Under the pieces are notes generated by a model. That model worked only from the letters and a program-made list of their open reading frames with translations. It did no database searches and was not told the origin of the DNA. Shown here in pieces: positions 25,591 through 38,239 of a stretch of DNA of 64,000 nt (its first letter is position 1; every line of letters begins with the position of its first letter). The DNA comes from Felis catus (lineage: Eukaryota): NCBI RefSeq assembly GCF_018350175.1, contig NC_058383.1, forward strand, positions 3,286,001 through 3,350,000, given 5' to 3'. A program made the position numbers and the translations under genes.

Positions 25591-26299
25591 CTTAGTAACG
25601 TTTTCTAACACAGGTGGTCATAATGAAAAATGTAAAGCCGTCCCAACAATTCCTTCAACTATAACTATTATATCAGATAGTCAGTGAGTTTTCTTTGGGA
25701 GAACATGCCCTTTGGTCTCCCCTCTTCTCTCTTTCTCCAGGGGCAATGAATTCTCAATATTCTCTGTGTAATAATAAACTGCCTAGGTTTTGGAGTATCT
25801 ACAGCACTGATAAAGCTTTTAGTAGTTCTAGCCTTGGACAGTGAAACCAAACCACGATATTTTAAGGGCAAACGCGGCAGTTTGCAACAGTGTGTGATTG
25901 TTGATCTTGCAGGAAGATTGTGTTGATCTTGCAAGATTGTGATGGCGCACCTGGGTCAGAATCCAGATACGAATGTTCGGCACTTGTCATTACCTGGTGC
26001 CGACCTTGCGGTTACTAGGTAACAGTGGAGGTGCGGTAACACCGTGCAGGGCAGTAGAAGTGCCTGTAAGGTAATTTGGGGTAACGCTTGCCTGCGGCCA
26101 CAGAACTGGTTGGATGCAGAGGCCACAGCCCCCCTGACTCCTGGAGGCCGCGCCCGCCCCCGCCCCTGGGAGCTGGGCTGTGCCTCGGAATTTGGACAGA
26201 GAAGATTCATCACGGCCTCACCGGCCAGCAGCCGGCAGCCGGCCCCCGCTCGCAGGCCAGCCCTGCAGCTCACTTAGCCATTCCGTGCGTGTTCAGGAT

Positions 26300-26940
26300 G
26301 GACACCTGGTTTAATCTTGTTGTTCAGTCAATAGCTTTTGCATTATCTTTCTTTTTTGTGGTTAATGTACCATTTTTCTCCTCTTTTTTTCCCCTACACA
26401 AACACCGCCATGCCTGAAGTGCTTCCCCTGCTTGTAGAAAAGTTATAGCCTGGTCTGTAGCGGAACAGTGCTCTGATTAAAGTGATTAAAACTATATACA
26501 GCATGCATAATTAACCTTTGCGCGGCTGTCACAGTGAGCTGATGCATGGAGCTGATACTGTATCTGTCTGTGGCAGCCGGCGTATGCTACATGCCCACTT
26601 TTCTTCCTGCAGAATTTTAATCACTTGAGATAAAGAGCCAGGAGAGAGAGATCAAGGCTGTATTAATCCTCTCAATGGCTTTATAATTTCCCTTCTATTC
26701 TGCTGCTGGTAATCAAGAAAAATAATGCTGCCTTAATCCTAGATGCCAAGGTCAATCATCTCTGTGCCCTTTGATAGTAAGGATGTCATTACGAAAAGAT
26801 TTTTAACGAACGCAATTCTCGCCATGCTCTGCAGGGAGAAGGGTATGTCCCACGACTTTGGGACGGTCAGGCGTGCCTCAATTTCGGGCAGGATTGATTT
26901 TAAAATATTAGCTCTATTAGAAATAAATTCCTAACAGCTG
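26300..26940. promoter_or_regulatory. Candidate conserved developmental enhancer
   Basis: tgattaa x2 (26474, 26483), taatta 26508, ctgtca 26526, agataa 26628, taatcc x2 (26664, 26734), ccaaggtca 26746, ctttgat 26769. Confidence 0.45.
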
Positions 26941-27779
26941 GTTGGGGCCGCAGCCCAGCCACACGTGGCGATGAGAGATTGAGGAATCAGGGAGAGAGCC
27001 GCAGCAGCGGGCAGCAGGCGAGGAGGGCCTGCCCCTGCAATTAGCACTCTGGCCACACGGCCGGCTGCCCGCGGCCACAGCAGCAGGACCGTGGCCCTGC
27101 GTGAACTCGTGCCTCCCTGGAGTGTGGCCAAGATCAAAATACAAGTGCACCGATGCACAGATGTGTGGTGACATTTTAAAACAATGCCCTGGGTTGGTTT
27201 GTCTTTTTTTTTTTTTTTTTTTAAGAACATGGAGACAGGTGAAAAACAAAAATCTTTCGGCTCACCAGCACCTGAGCGAACCCCCAGATGGCTGCTTGTG
27301 CTGCGTCTATCCATCTCCTCTTGTTTGGTTTCCCCCAAAACGTGTTCTCTTGGTCAGGGTGACGTGATGGGAGCTGACATGGCCTCGACAGAACGTAGCA
27401 AAGCAGGAAGGCTGAGAGCCAGCGCCAGCGCCGTGGAGGCCCCAGCCTCTGCAGCACCACAGGTCACGGCTCTGAGCTGCAGCCAGGGAAGGCAGGACTC
27501 ATTAGCAAACCTTGTGCGGCCGGGGCCATCGAGTCCCGGGAAGATGGGGCCGCAGGAGGCACTGAGCACAGACTTCAGAGACACACGGCCACGGGATGGG
27601 CAGAAGAGACAGTAACTGGCTGGCTGTTCGCCCCTGGGCACAGAAGAGGAGCTTCATGTCTGGAGGACTCAGTTTCAGTACAGTCGAGAGGGGCAGGTCC
27701 GCAGTGAGCCCGTCCCCTGGAGGGGCTTCTCCATGTAAATGGTTTTTATTCGAGTGTCTCTAAGAATGTGTTAGATTTA

Positions 27780-28004
27780 GGGGTGCTTGGGTGGCTCAGT
27801 CGGTTGGGTGTCTGACTTTGGCCCAGGTCAGGATCTCACGGTTTGTGGGTTCGAGCCCCGTGACAGGCTCTGTGCTGACAGCTCAGAGCCTGGAGCCTGC
27901 TTCAGATTCTGTGTCTCCCTCTCTCTCTGCCCCTCCCCTGCTTGCACTCTGTCTCTCTGTCTCCCAAGAAATAAGTAAATACTTAAAAAAAAAAAAAAAA
28001 AAAA
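27780..28004 (+). mobile_element. CanSINE SINEC_Fc-type
   Basis: Full head, (CT) tract and ~20-A tail. 18-bp TSD aagaatgtgtt(a/g)gattta at 27762-27779 and 28005-28022. Confidence 0.97.
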
Positions 28005-29979
28005 AAGAATGTGTTGGATTTACCTTCTCCTGAGTGGCCACTGTGCAGTTTCCCTCCGTGTTCAGGGGTGGGCAGAGGAATTAGCAGGTAAGGGTGGCAG
28101 GAGAAGACCCCGTGATGCCCTTCCAACTGGGATGGTACAGGCAAGTTGACCTTGGGATGCTGGGAGTGAAGGTCAAGGCCAGGGTTCACCAGGAGACCCT
28201 CTTTCCCCCGGAGGTGCCTCTCTGTCAGGCTTACTTTGATCTTTCTTCTCTCCTTTGTAATCTGACCCCAAATACTGATTCTGTCCTTGCAGAATTTTTG
28301 CTTGGATTCAGTTAGTACCTCCACTTGGATTCTATTCATTGAGAATTTATGATCATCTAGCCTGGCCTGGAACGAAATTTACCCTTGCTCTACGGGGACG
28401 GTGTGCATGGAGCTAATTTAGAATGTAAAAAGCATCGTCGGGGGCACGCTCTGCCTACTTACATGAACAAACTGTTTTTAAGGACTCCCGATAACCGCTG
28501 ATGTCACTATTTACAAACGAACCTTCTTTTTTGATTAAAGCAGGCTTGGCAGGGTGTCTTCTTGGAACCACTTTGCCTGCAATTCATTTGAGCGGTTAAA
28601 ATGAATGAAACTGAATTTTTAAAAAATATTCTATAATTTAGACTTCTTCTGCTTCCTCTGAATTACTGTCCTGTATGGATGCAGAAAACAATTTAGTCAT
28701 GCATACCTAAGAGACCGTTCTGGCGTTTGTTCCCTTCAAATGTAATTTCAGTAATGGAGCATATGCCCCATTTCCATAGATCAGTACAAGTGTTGGCTAC
28801 AAGGGCCACACAGATGTGAGCCTTATAGGAAACTGGGACATAGGAGCTCTCAGTCTGAGTTACTGCCATGATTTCTGGCTCCGGGAGGCTTTTCTGCAGG
28901 GTTCTCCAGAGCCTGGGGGTCCCGTGAAGGTGCCAAGAGGCCCCCCACCCACCAAGGGTTAAGCAGATTGGCTGGCTGGCTGGCTGGCTGGTGGGCGGGG
29001 GTCCAGGAGTGCCCCTCCCCCCCGCCCCCACGCACACTTTATCCAAGGTGGCCCCTACTTTTCTCTGTTTTCCACATCGAAGTTTCTCCTAACTCTTCTT
29101 TTGGGGAAAAACAAGGTTTCTTCAAAGCTTAAGGACTTGTATGGCCCTTTTTGTAGAGTCTGCTCGGTCTCAAGGGAACTTTTAAAAGAAGATTGGTCTC
29201 CTTGGTAAGAGGTTATATCTGAAAGGGGAAGTTCTCGGGGCAGTCACAGTGTGTCTGCCATACATTGTGTGCGTGTGCATGTGTGTGCACGTGCACACCC
29301 GTGTGAGAAACTCTGTGTCATCTGAAGCTGCCTCGTCGCAAAGCTGAGTTCCAGAAATTCACCCTGAGGGGTAATCAGAGAGCCAGACACATGGGCCAGG
29401 GGGACTTTGATGGCCCCACGGTATTAAGGCCTTTCATGTCCCTTCTGAGAGATGTAGACTTGACCGTGAAGACGGAACCAGAAGGCTGTGAGTCACTCTG
29501 CGGGCTTCTTCCCCAGCGAGGGCCCAGTTAGCGATCACTCTGCCTGGTGGTCTGACACGGCGCGTCTTGAATGCGGCCCTGCTCTCCTCCCGCTGCCGCC
29601 CCGGACCCGGTCGTCCTCGCTGACGTGCTGTCTCATTGTTCTGCCACCGCAGGCCTCCTTCCTCTCCTCAGGCCCCACGCGGCCTCCAGTAGGGTTCTGG
29701 AGGATCCCTGCACAGGAGCGATCGAGTGGCCACCCCCACAGATAATCCCTGGTCTTGCCCATTGCCAGAAGGTAAAGGCCAGACCTTGTAACGAGGCGTG
29801 CACAGCTCCTCTCCAGGTCGACAGTCTCCTAAGTGCCTTGTTTACTGCTTCTTGATGGTCGTGCTTATTTCTTTCCCAGACTCAGGCTCATTGAGGGCCT
29901 CTTGCGTTTGAATTCCCCGTTCCTAACACGTAAAACGTGTTCGGTATGTCTGAGCTGAATCCACTGGCCTTGTTACTTT

Positions 29980-30147
29980 GTTGTTGCTGTTGGGCGTTTA
30001 CTGATGTCCCTACACGCACCAGGCGTGTGGCACGTGGGCACACACTTCTTTTCAACTCTCACGACAACCTTAAAGAGAAGGAATAGTTAATTCCACTGAT
30101 TAGATAAGGAATTTGAGGCTCAAGAGAGATTCCGGGCCTTGCCTAAC
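29980..30147 (-). mobile_element. MIR SINE
   Basis: ctctcacgacaaccttaaagagaagg...ttagataaggaatttgaggctcaagagag. Confidence 0.7.
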
Positions 30148-30159
30148 CTTATTTTTGTG

Positions 30160-30290
30160 GTTATTGAACATCCTTCCAGCAAGCAGTTTGTGAGCGCCTA
30201 CTGTGTGCCAAGCCCAGGCTCGGTGCTGGGAACACAGATGTTGGAGGCGGAGGACAGTCCCCGCTTCAGGAGGCTCCTGGGAGGGTGGGG
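30160..30290 (-). mobile_element. L2 3' fragment
   Basis: cagcaagcagtttgtgagcgcctactgtgtgccaag...gtgctgggaacacag. Confidence 0.7.
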
Positions 30291-31399
30291 ACAGGGGCTG
30301 CAGTAGGGGCAGCCCAGCACGTGCAGGAGCACACAGAACATTCCCTGCCTCTCGTGGAACAACATGGTCTCCATAATTAGAATGCACGTGTGATGTGGCT
30401 CCTTGGAACTTGCAAAACAAAAAGTGACACCCCCCCCAACCCTGCCTGCACCGTAGTCAGTACAAAGTAGGCAGTGGGGGTGTCTCTGCTGATGAGCAGG
30501 CCTTGGCCTTGAAGCCTGGACTGGGGGGGGGGGGGGAGGGGGCGCGGCATAGAGAGCTTACCCCCTCTCCTCACCCTTGGCCCCTGGCACTCGGGGTGGA
30601 CAAACCGGAAAGGGATAGGGTGGGAAGGAAGGCCATCTCCCTCGACCACCTGCCCCGGCCCAGGGCTTCTCGACGCCAGCCCCGTAGCACTGCTCTTGCC
30701 CGGGGGGAGGGGCAGGGCAGGCGTACCTGAGCCTGAACCTGCCCGCTTGCGCCTGCCACAGCTGGACTGGAATGCGTGTACAACGCGAGGAATCTGGCTG
30801 AGGGTGGCCTGACGTGCTGGGTCCTGACAGCCCAGAACGGCTGGTTTCCGGGCAGAGCTGTAAATGCACTGGCGCTCGCTCACGGCCGGCTGCTTTGTGA
30901 ACCAACGAAGGTCAGCCGGCTGCTGCCTGCGGGACAGGGTCCCTGAGTATAGAGACTCGTGGGGCCAACCGCACGGGGAGTGGGGGTGGAACTTCCTCGT
31001 GACACACGTTCTCACATTTTGTACAGAGTGCGCCGCAGGCCTCTGACGATTGTCCTCTTTACGCGGGGTGTTGATTCTTATGTCTGCATCTCGTAGCAAG
31101 AACCCGGGATGGCTCTCTAGTACCGGGTCCGCTGGGTCGAGCATCCCGGGCCATTCGTCCTGCCTGCACTCCCAGCCCTTCACCCTCACCTGCTGGCGGT
31201 GCTGGGCAGGACATGGGTGCCCGTTCTGTCTCCAGCGTGGGTGAATGCTGTGGTATCTCTCAGGAAACAGGATGGATGCTGCTTAATTATTTAGTTGACC
31301 CCTGGTCTACCTCATTTCCCCTCACACCGCAATGCCAGCCTTCATTAGGCATATGGTTTCATTGAAGCCTCTCCTCTCTACTTTCCTCCCAGAGTTCAT

Positions 31400-31545
31400 C
31401 ATAAATACGACGACAGTAACGAATGCTAACATCTATTAAGCTCTTTCTGAAGACAGGGCACAGGAGTGCATTCTGCGTGCTGTCTCCTTTTGAATTCTCC
31501 CACTTAGACCCTGAGCTGAGTTCTGGGTTTTTAATGTCCCAGAGG
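31400..31545 (-). mobile_element. MIR fragment (possible continuation at ~31995-32066)
   Basis: gctaacatctattaagctc...ctccttttgaattctcccac...ccctgag; later ctgagtctagtgggctaagtaacttgcttcaggtaacac. Confidence 0.5.
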
Positions 31546-31866
31546 CTTCCCGCGGGACAAGGATCGCGGGCAAGTAGTGCATTGAGGAGGCAGTCCTAGG
31601 ACAGGGGTGACATGTGACACAGAGAAGGTGAGGCAGCCCGTCGGAGGTTTATGATCTCCACGGCAGTACTTGGGAGACCAGAGGTCAGTGCCTCCCTGGA
31701 AGTCTGGAGCCGGTGTGCACCTCACACGGGGTAGTTACCCCACCCCAGGGATGAGGTAGGGAACCGCGGTGTTCGTACGACCCGTCCCAGCTGCGCAGAG
31801 CGGAGGCTGATCCCCTGGCACCTCTGGCCTCTGTGGATGAAGGCAGAGCAGGCTCCGGCGTTGGGC

Positions 31867-31933
31867 CGTCGTGATCCAGATGCTGGCTGTCGTGATCCAT
31901 AGAGCCGTCGAGCGTCGTGATCCAGATGCTGGC
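31867..31933. repeat. Short CpG-containing direct repeats
   Basis: cgtcgtgatccagatgctggc at 31867-31887 and 31913-31933, with partial gtcgtgatcca at 31889-31899. Confidence 0.85.
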
Positions 31934-32359
31934 CACGAGAGGCTGGCCAGCGTGCGCCGTGTGGCGGGGCTGCGGAGGGTGGGTGTAGGCTGGCGTTACG
32001 GTATTTTCACTTGACGGACGATATATCTGAGTCTAGTGGGCTAAGTAACTTGCTTCAGGTAACACTTGTGAGGTACCTCTGTTCTTTGCGCTGTGGCAAC
32101 TTCCCCTCCTTCCTGCCAGTCCGGATATCTAACCTGGAATTCAGTTCAGCAGTTGGTTTGTGAGCTTCGTATCTGCCTCTGTCCGGGTTGGACGTCTTTT
32201 GCCCCTGCCCTTGCCCCAAAAGTTGGCTCTTGAGACACCGAGCCAGCTAGCTTCCGTGAAGGAGTAGACTTCAGCCCACTCTGAAGGGAAGCCAGCTAGT
32301 CTAGGCCAATGTGTTTGCCGGAGGGATGCATTTGTGATTCCAACTTTGAGCAATAAATA

Positions 32360-32700
32360 CGCTAGGTTCCACTGCTGTTACAAACACACACATAATCTCA
32401 GTGGTTTCACGCATGGGTGTATTTTTCATGGAGCCCACACCGGGCCCGCGTGGGGACCTGGGGATTGGGCAGTCCCCATCTCGTGTGTCCCTTATCCCAA
32501 GCTCTCCAGTACCTGATCAAAAGAGTGACCGGAGACTTCTGCTTGGGCTTGTCACTAATACAGTCCTGAAACGATGATGCCATTTTTGTTTCCATTGTCT
32601 TGGCCAAACCTTGTCACATGGCTCCAAGGAGTCACAAGGAGGTTGAGGAGTACAGTCCTGAGTGCCCAGAGGGGGTGATGGAGGGACACCAGGCACGAGT
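32360..32700 (-). mobile_element. MLT1-like LTR
   Basis: ctgctgttacaaac...aatctcagtggtttcac...ttggccaaaccttgtcacatggc...caaggaggttgaggagtacagtc. Confidence 0.6.
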
Positions 32701-33739
32701 GAGGGTCAGAACTGTCTTCCCCTCTCAGAGAAGGAATGATAATTAAGTAGTCCTGATCAAGGCTGTCCTAGGGCGTTTCCTAGGGATCTCTGAAAGGCTA
32801 GAAGAATTTGGCCTTGGGCTGTAAATGTTATTTGCTCATTAATTCGTCAGAAATGCCCAGAGCCAAGATTGCTATTACTAATAAGATATATCTGTTTGCT
32901 TATTTAACAAATCAAAAAAGCATGTTGTCATTTTCCCCTGGTCCTGGTGATTCTTGAAGCAGACGAATACCTTCCGTTTCATACATGGTCAGAGTAGTTA
33001 CAACACCTCTTCTTTTCTCTCTGTCCAAGCTCTAGCTGGGACTCGATCTCGGCGTGAAACACCGTCGTGGGGTAGCAGTCAACAGTTGTTGATTCCCACT
33101 GGTGTTTTGAAACCTCAACAACCAGAAAATGCACGTGAATCCTCCCTTCTTCCTCCAGCAACTGATGGCAGGTCTGCAAGCTGTCATTTACACTTGGCCA
33201 TCTCTCCCTTTGTCTTGTTGTTTTCCAGGGGGGGGAAGTGACAATCATGTGGTTCTTACCACCTTAACACGAAAGATGTACAGGTGTTTTCCAAATGGTA
33301 TTTAAAAAAATATGCGATTCAGCCAAGAGGTGACTTAGGAAGGCCTTGGACATGTTCTGTTGAAACGGATGCTTGAAGTTGGACTTCCCTCTTTCCTCAG
33401 TGATAACAGGTGCCTTCTGCCTGCCTTGCACAGATTCCAGGTGATAAAGGAGGAAATCCTACCTTTATGGCTGTTCCCAGGTTGTCCTCACTTGGCTGTT
33501 TGTTGTGAAGACTGTGGAAATAAGTCCTCGTTCCGAATGACGATGACTTGTCCCTCAATCTGACGCCGTTTTCCTAACTCTGCCCCGCCTGCCCACAGTC
33601 TAGTCTCTGGCCCCTGGGATGGAACTGGCTGCAGCCTCCGCCGAGAGCAAAACAGGACACACGCTGCACCTGCCCCCACCCCGGGGGGCTCCCTGGTCTT
33701 GTGCCCTGGTGCAGCACCGCTTTCCAAAGGCTTTTGAAA

Positions 33740-33960
33740 GCCCCAAGAGAAAACGTATCCAATAAATCAATGGTGATGCATTAACAGACTGCTACTGTAG
33801 TCATTGTTCACAGAATGTAATTCCTTGATAATGGCATCTTGTACAGTATATCATCACAAAACAATAGTAATATCACCACAGCAGAAATGACTTTGATAAA
33901 TTATACACGAATAGGGTCTTTGAATTCTGGTGTAGCTCTAATTTGGGGTTATCAGTACTT
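33740..33960. promoter_or_regulatory. Candidate conserved enhancer
   Basis: PBX-HOX ataaatca 33762, SOX cattgtt 33802 and aacaat 33860, TCF ctttgat 33891 and ctttgaa 33918. Confidence 0.35.
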
Positions 33961-34360
33961 GTGGAACAGTAGATTTCGGTTTCGCATTGTACGGAGGAAC
34001 AAAAAATCCTGGCAGGAAGCACGCACGCGTTGTGAGGAGCAGTGTAAGTTACGGGTGCAGAATTGGCAAGGTTTTCACCTCTTTTGAGTCATTTTCTTGT
34101 TACTCTGTTTGATAAGCTATGTTCACTTTAGCTCTTTTCATTTTACCTAGAAACGAATCTATGAGCTCTTCGGAAATTTGCCACAACTTTAAGAAGAAAC
34201 TATGAAATTTGATATCTTTTAAGTGGAGATAAGGGAATAATGTGATTTTGTTGCTATTAATTTTTAAATGAGACATGTGGATGCCACTTAAAGGACCCTG
34301 ACAAAAATCACTCATAGCCCTTATTGTCCTATGGACCTTGAAATTTTAAAAGGTCCACAA

Positions 34361-34489
34361 GGGGCGCCTGGGTGGCTCAGTTGGTTAAGCATCCAATTTC
34401 GGCTCAGGTCACAATCTCATGGTTTGTGGGTTCAAGTCTCGCATTAGGTTTTGTTCTGACAGCTCAGAGCCTAGAGCCTGCCTCAGATG

Positions 34490-34531
<42 letters not shown>

Positions 34532-34602
34532 GCCCTTCCCCTGCTCATGCTCTGTCTGTCTCTCTCTCTCTCTCTCTCAGAAGTAAATACTTTCAAAAAA
34601 AA
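34361..34602 (+). mobile_element. CanSINE SINEC_Fc-type
   Basis: ggggcgcctgggtggctcagttggttaag head, expanded (CT)n, A-tail. Confidence 0.96.
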
Positions 34603-35406
34603 ATTTTTTTAAGCCTACAAGCTGCTCTTAGCTCCTTTAAGTCTGATATGAATGGAGACTGAAAGTGATGTCCAATCACTGCCTCCAGAATCCAGCCAAA
34701 TATAAAAGGGCCCTGGAGGATATAACAGTATGTAGGTGAATCCCGTGTACTTCTTCCTGCTAGGACAGGGCCTCGTGTCCCCAAGCCCTCACATGGGTGA
34801 AGATGGCAGTGAGTCATCACGAAAGGGAAGCGATTCTTCCCATCCTGGCCCTGGGCGCCCAGGACCCAGGAGGCAGCACGGGCGACAGACACTGAGGGAT
34901 GGCTGGGTTGCTTTACAGCAGCTGTGGCTGCTTCCGAGCCCACCGTGGTGGTTTCTGCAGGTGACAGGTCCTCCGGCAGTAACCAGGCCACACTGTTCCC
35001 ACCAGAAGGCAGTGTGCTGTTGCAGAGATACCTTAGCTCCTGCTGGCCTGTCTTCCAAGACTGGCCAGCTAGCGTATGACCAGTTCTGTAAGCTCCTGAG
35101 AACCTTCCAGGCAGCCCCTCTCCCCCTCTCCTCTTCCTTGCTTGTGCTAAGATAGTCTGAGTTGGTTTCTACCATTTACAACCAAGAATCCTTGGCTGAT
35201 TGGGTAGCCTGTGTTGGTTTGACACTGCCTGAGCACTCAAAGCGGAAAGACGCTTGGGCGAGAGCTTCGTCCCTAATTTTGAGACTGTGCCGCAACACCC
35301 CTGTCCGCCAAGAGTCCTGTAGACCGTTGGCAGCAACCTCAGACTGGAATTCTGTGCCTGTGTTTCTTTTCACTTGTGGAAGTTGTGGTCAGGAAGGTGT
35401 GGACCC

Positions 35407-35709
35407 CTGCTGCCTGGCACGGTGGCCACCAGCCACCCGTGGCTGCTGAGCCCTTGTATCGTGGCCCTTCCAAGTTGCAGTATGCCACGAGTACACAGCG
35501 GGTTCATGTTTTGAAGATTTAGTTCCAAAACACGGAAGCCATCGCATGCTTACGTTTTCCTGTTGATCACGTGTTCAAGTGATAATATAGTAGATACGTC
35601 GGCTGTGATAAAATACATTTGTAAACCTTCTGTTTATGTTTTCATTGTGCCTACCAGTAGATTTAGGTTACGTGTCTGACTTGGATGATATTTCTGTTGA
35701 CTAAGGCTG
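35407..35709 (-). mobile_element. MER33 (hAT-Charlie MITE), near full length
   Basis: Ends match the recalled MER33 termini: ctgctgcctggcacggtggccaccagccacccgtggctgctgagcccttg ... atatttctgttgactaaggctg. About 300 bp. Confidence 0.75.
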
Positions 35710-35784
35710 TTGCACAAAAACTCATGAGAAGATGACCCTGAGCCTCGACAGGTAGCACTGGGCCTGTGGTTGTTATGTGAATAC

Positions 35785-37869
35785 TGTGTCGTTTTTTGCT
35801 TTGGTAACAAATACTCTACCGATTTCAGGGTCTCACGGCCATGAGCTTTATTTCTCACTGTGGTTCTCCCGGTCAGCTTGGCTCAGCTCGGCCGGTGCCC
35901 ATGCTTCTTGTTTGGGGGCCCAGGCTCTGGCGGAGCAGCCACTGTCTGGGTCACGTGTTCCTCGGTGCAGAAGCTCCAGAGGGTGAGCAGAAGCACACAG
36001 TGCCTCCTGCAACCTCTGCGGCCGGTTGGCCCACCGTCGCTTCCTCCCCTGTTCCATTTGTCAAAGCAGGTCACGTGCCCGAGGCCAGAGGAAACGTGGC
36101 AGGGAGGCATCCCCGGCCCTTTGGGAAAACAGCATGAGCAGGGGCGTGAGGGGTGTTGGCGTGCATGTGATACAGCCTGCCGCACTCTGCCCTCTTGGCC
36201 ATGCATATTCATTCACCCTCCTCCCACATGGAACTACAGTCCTCCCTGCCTCAAGATAGCCCAGAAGTCTCCTAGATTTATGGCATCGGTGTCACAGTCC
36301 AGGCCGTTGAGATCCACAGCGTGTCCAGATATAGCTTCTCTTGACCTAACTTCTCATGAACCAAAAAGGCAAGTTAATTGCTTCCTCCCTTCCTTTCCCA
36401 CCCTTCCTCTCCCACCCCCTCTCCCCCTTCGCCCCATATTCATTTTTAGAACAAAGTCAGGATTGGCTCAGTAGCACTCACATTTGGAAGAAAGAAGGGA
36501 GGAAGCCCCACAACGATCCATGTGTGTCCCAGTACCCACTAGGCAAATACTTGGAGGTCCCCGAGGGACCAGGGAGTGGGGACTGGTCTGCTGTTAGGCC
36601 CCTGGGAGAACTTCTCCGTCTGCTGTTTGCCTCCGAGGAAGGCACTAGGAGACAGGCCCTCCCTCACAGCCCAGCAGATTTCTTAACCTGTTTGCTACCC
36701 ACAAAAAGAGGGAAGCCAAGGGTCATTGTAGATCTCAGATAATCACCGTCTGTTTTAATTCAGCCTCAAGTGTGTTTATTGCCTCCCAAAACTACTGCGT
36801 TTGTTTTTATCTGGGGCTCCGGGCAGCTTCACACGCATGTAGCACTCGTAGTCGTTTCCAGCCCCGGGTCTCTCTCTAGAGTCAGGCGCAGGCACTTTGA
36901 GTTCCCGATGCCTCTGTGAGACCAAAGTCTGGGTGTCATTCTCTAGGCCAGTTTGTGCAACTGAGCAGTTTCATCGGGGCCACCCTGACCCAGTGGGGGT
37001 GTTCCAACAAGGCAGGTAACAGCCATCCCTTTGATTGGTCTTTGCCAACAGGCTGTGCCTTGATGGCCACCCTTGATTGCTGAGAAATAGTTCCATTTTC
37101 AAATCTGCAAGTCCTGGAATCTGAGGATTTTCTATACTCCCTTTCAATTGCGCTTGCAAAGCAGTGAAATTATTTTTTTAAGGAGGCGGGTCATTTCTAT
37201 CCTATACAGGATGCAGAGACATCCCACAACACCCAGCTCACATGGTAACATGCTGTTTCAAAACGGGTTCAGTAGGTACATTTTCTACCTTCTAAGCTAG
37301 CACAGGTGATCTTTTTTTGCCAAATGTTCCAGTGCCGCATGCCTTGGGTTGCCGTTTTTTCCAACCTCCCCTAAGAGTTTTCTGGCTTCCCATTGCCTAG
37401 ACCCAAAACGAATGCCCTGTATATCAGGGTTTTAGTTACGACAGCCCCTACTTCGTGCCAATTTCTGCATTAGTCAGCTCTCGCTGCAGTGACTTAACAG
37501 CCCCCAACTCTCTGTGGCATCCAGCGACCAACATCTATTTCTCACTTAAGAATCCTGTGACTCAGCTGCCATCCGTGGAGCTTGGCCCTGCTCCCCGAGC
37601 CTTCTCGTGCCAAGACCAGGGCTGAGGTGAGCAGCCCCCATCTGGGCCGCGCTCCTCTAGCGGTGGAGGGACAGGGTCCCCGGAGGGCCGGTGGAAACCC
37701 ACGCCACCTGGTAAGGCCTCTGCTGGGCACTGGCACGCCGTCACCTCCTCCTGCAAGGCATGTGGCAGGCCCAGAGCTAATGGGGTGGGTGCGTCCTTCA
37801 GCCTCTGGGGAGTCACGATGAGGCCAGGTGGAGGCAAACAATTTCGAACAAGTGATACAATGTCTCCTA
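35785..37869 (-). mobile_element. MLT1 (MaLR) element with two LTRs (~35785-36175 and ~37465-37869) and internal remnants
   Basis: The two LTRs are mutually homologous (gagcagcc..ctggg...cctctgc..ttggc..cgtc.c.tcctcc). MaLR-internal-like sequence flanks their inner sides (ctctgccctcttggcc...; ...cagccccta.cttcgtgccaatttctgcattagtc). Confidence 0.65.
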
Positions 37870-38239
37870 GCTGTAGACTCCGTAAAGGAACCTGGTGGAG
37901 GATCATCCGGACCCACTGGATTGCGTTTTTCTGAGTCAGGATCCTCTGTGTGATAAAACCCACGGACCTAGACAACCTCCAGCCTGGGAGGTCATCCAGC
38001 GTGCATCCCGCTCAGGGCAGCGGAGAGAACCTTCTGGGGAGTTACAGACCCCGAGTTCCGGCCTCAGCTCCGCCACCACTTACGTGTACACGTTAGGCCT
38101 GCAGCTTTTCCTCTGGATCCCACGTCCCTCTCAGCTGTTAGCAAAGGGTTCGATTGGAGGGAGTCTGGGGTTGCTTTTGAGGACGACGCTGTGACTGCCT
38201 GCCAAACCACAGGGACCGTGCTAGGTGATGAGGAGTCGG

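Noticed and set aside
25715..25790. Strong acceptor-like sites (ctctttctccag at 25740; similar at ~26612, ~60159, ~63533)
   Set aside because: No suitably placed donor or early stops follow. Such decoys are common in T-rich introns.
30377..31189. Longest ORF (270 aa, minus strand)
   Set aside because: Non-ATG start, low-complexity P/R/G/A-rich translation, no recognisable domain. Expected by chance in GC-rich DNA.
31867..31933. Repeat-spacer-repeat pattern superficially like CRISPR
   Set aside because: Only two full copies, mammalian DNA, no cas genes.
34332..34358. Inverted repeat tggacctt...aaggtcca just upstream of a SINE
   Set aside because: An 8-bp stem is within chance expectation for 64 kb.
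35860..36474. 204-aa ORF (similar cases: 42663-43295, 59547-60164, 54157-54702)
   Set aside because: They overlap LTR or low-complexity/GC-rich sequence, or lack any homology or splice structure I can recognise.
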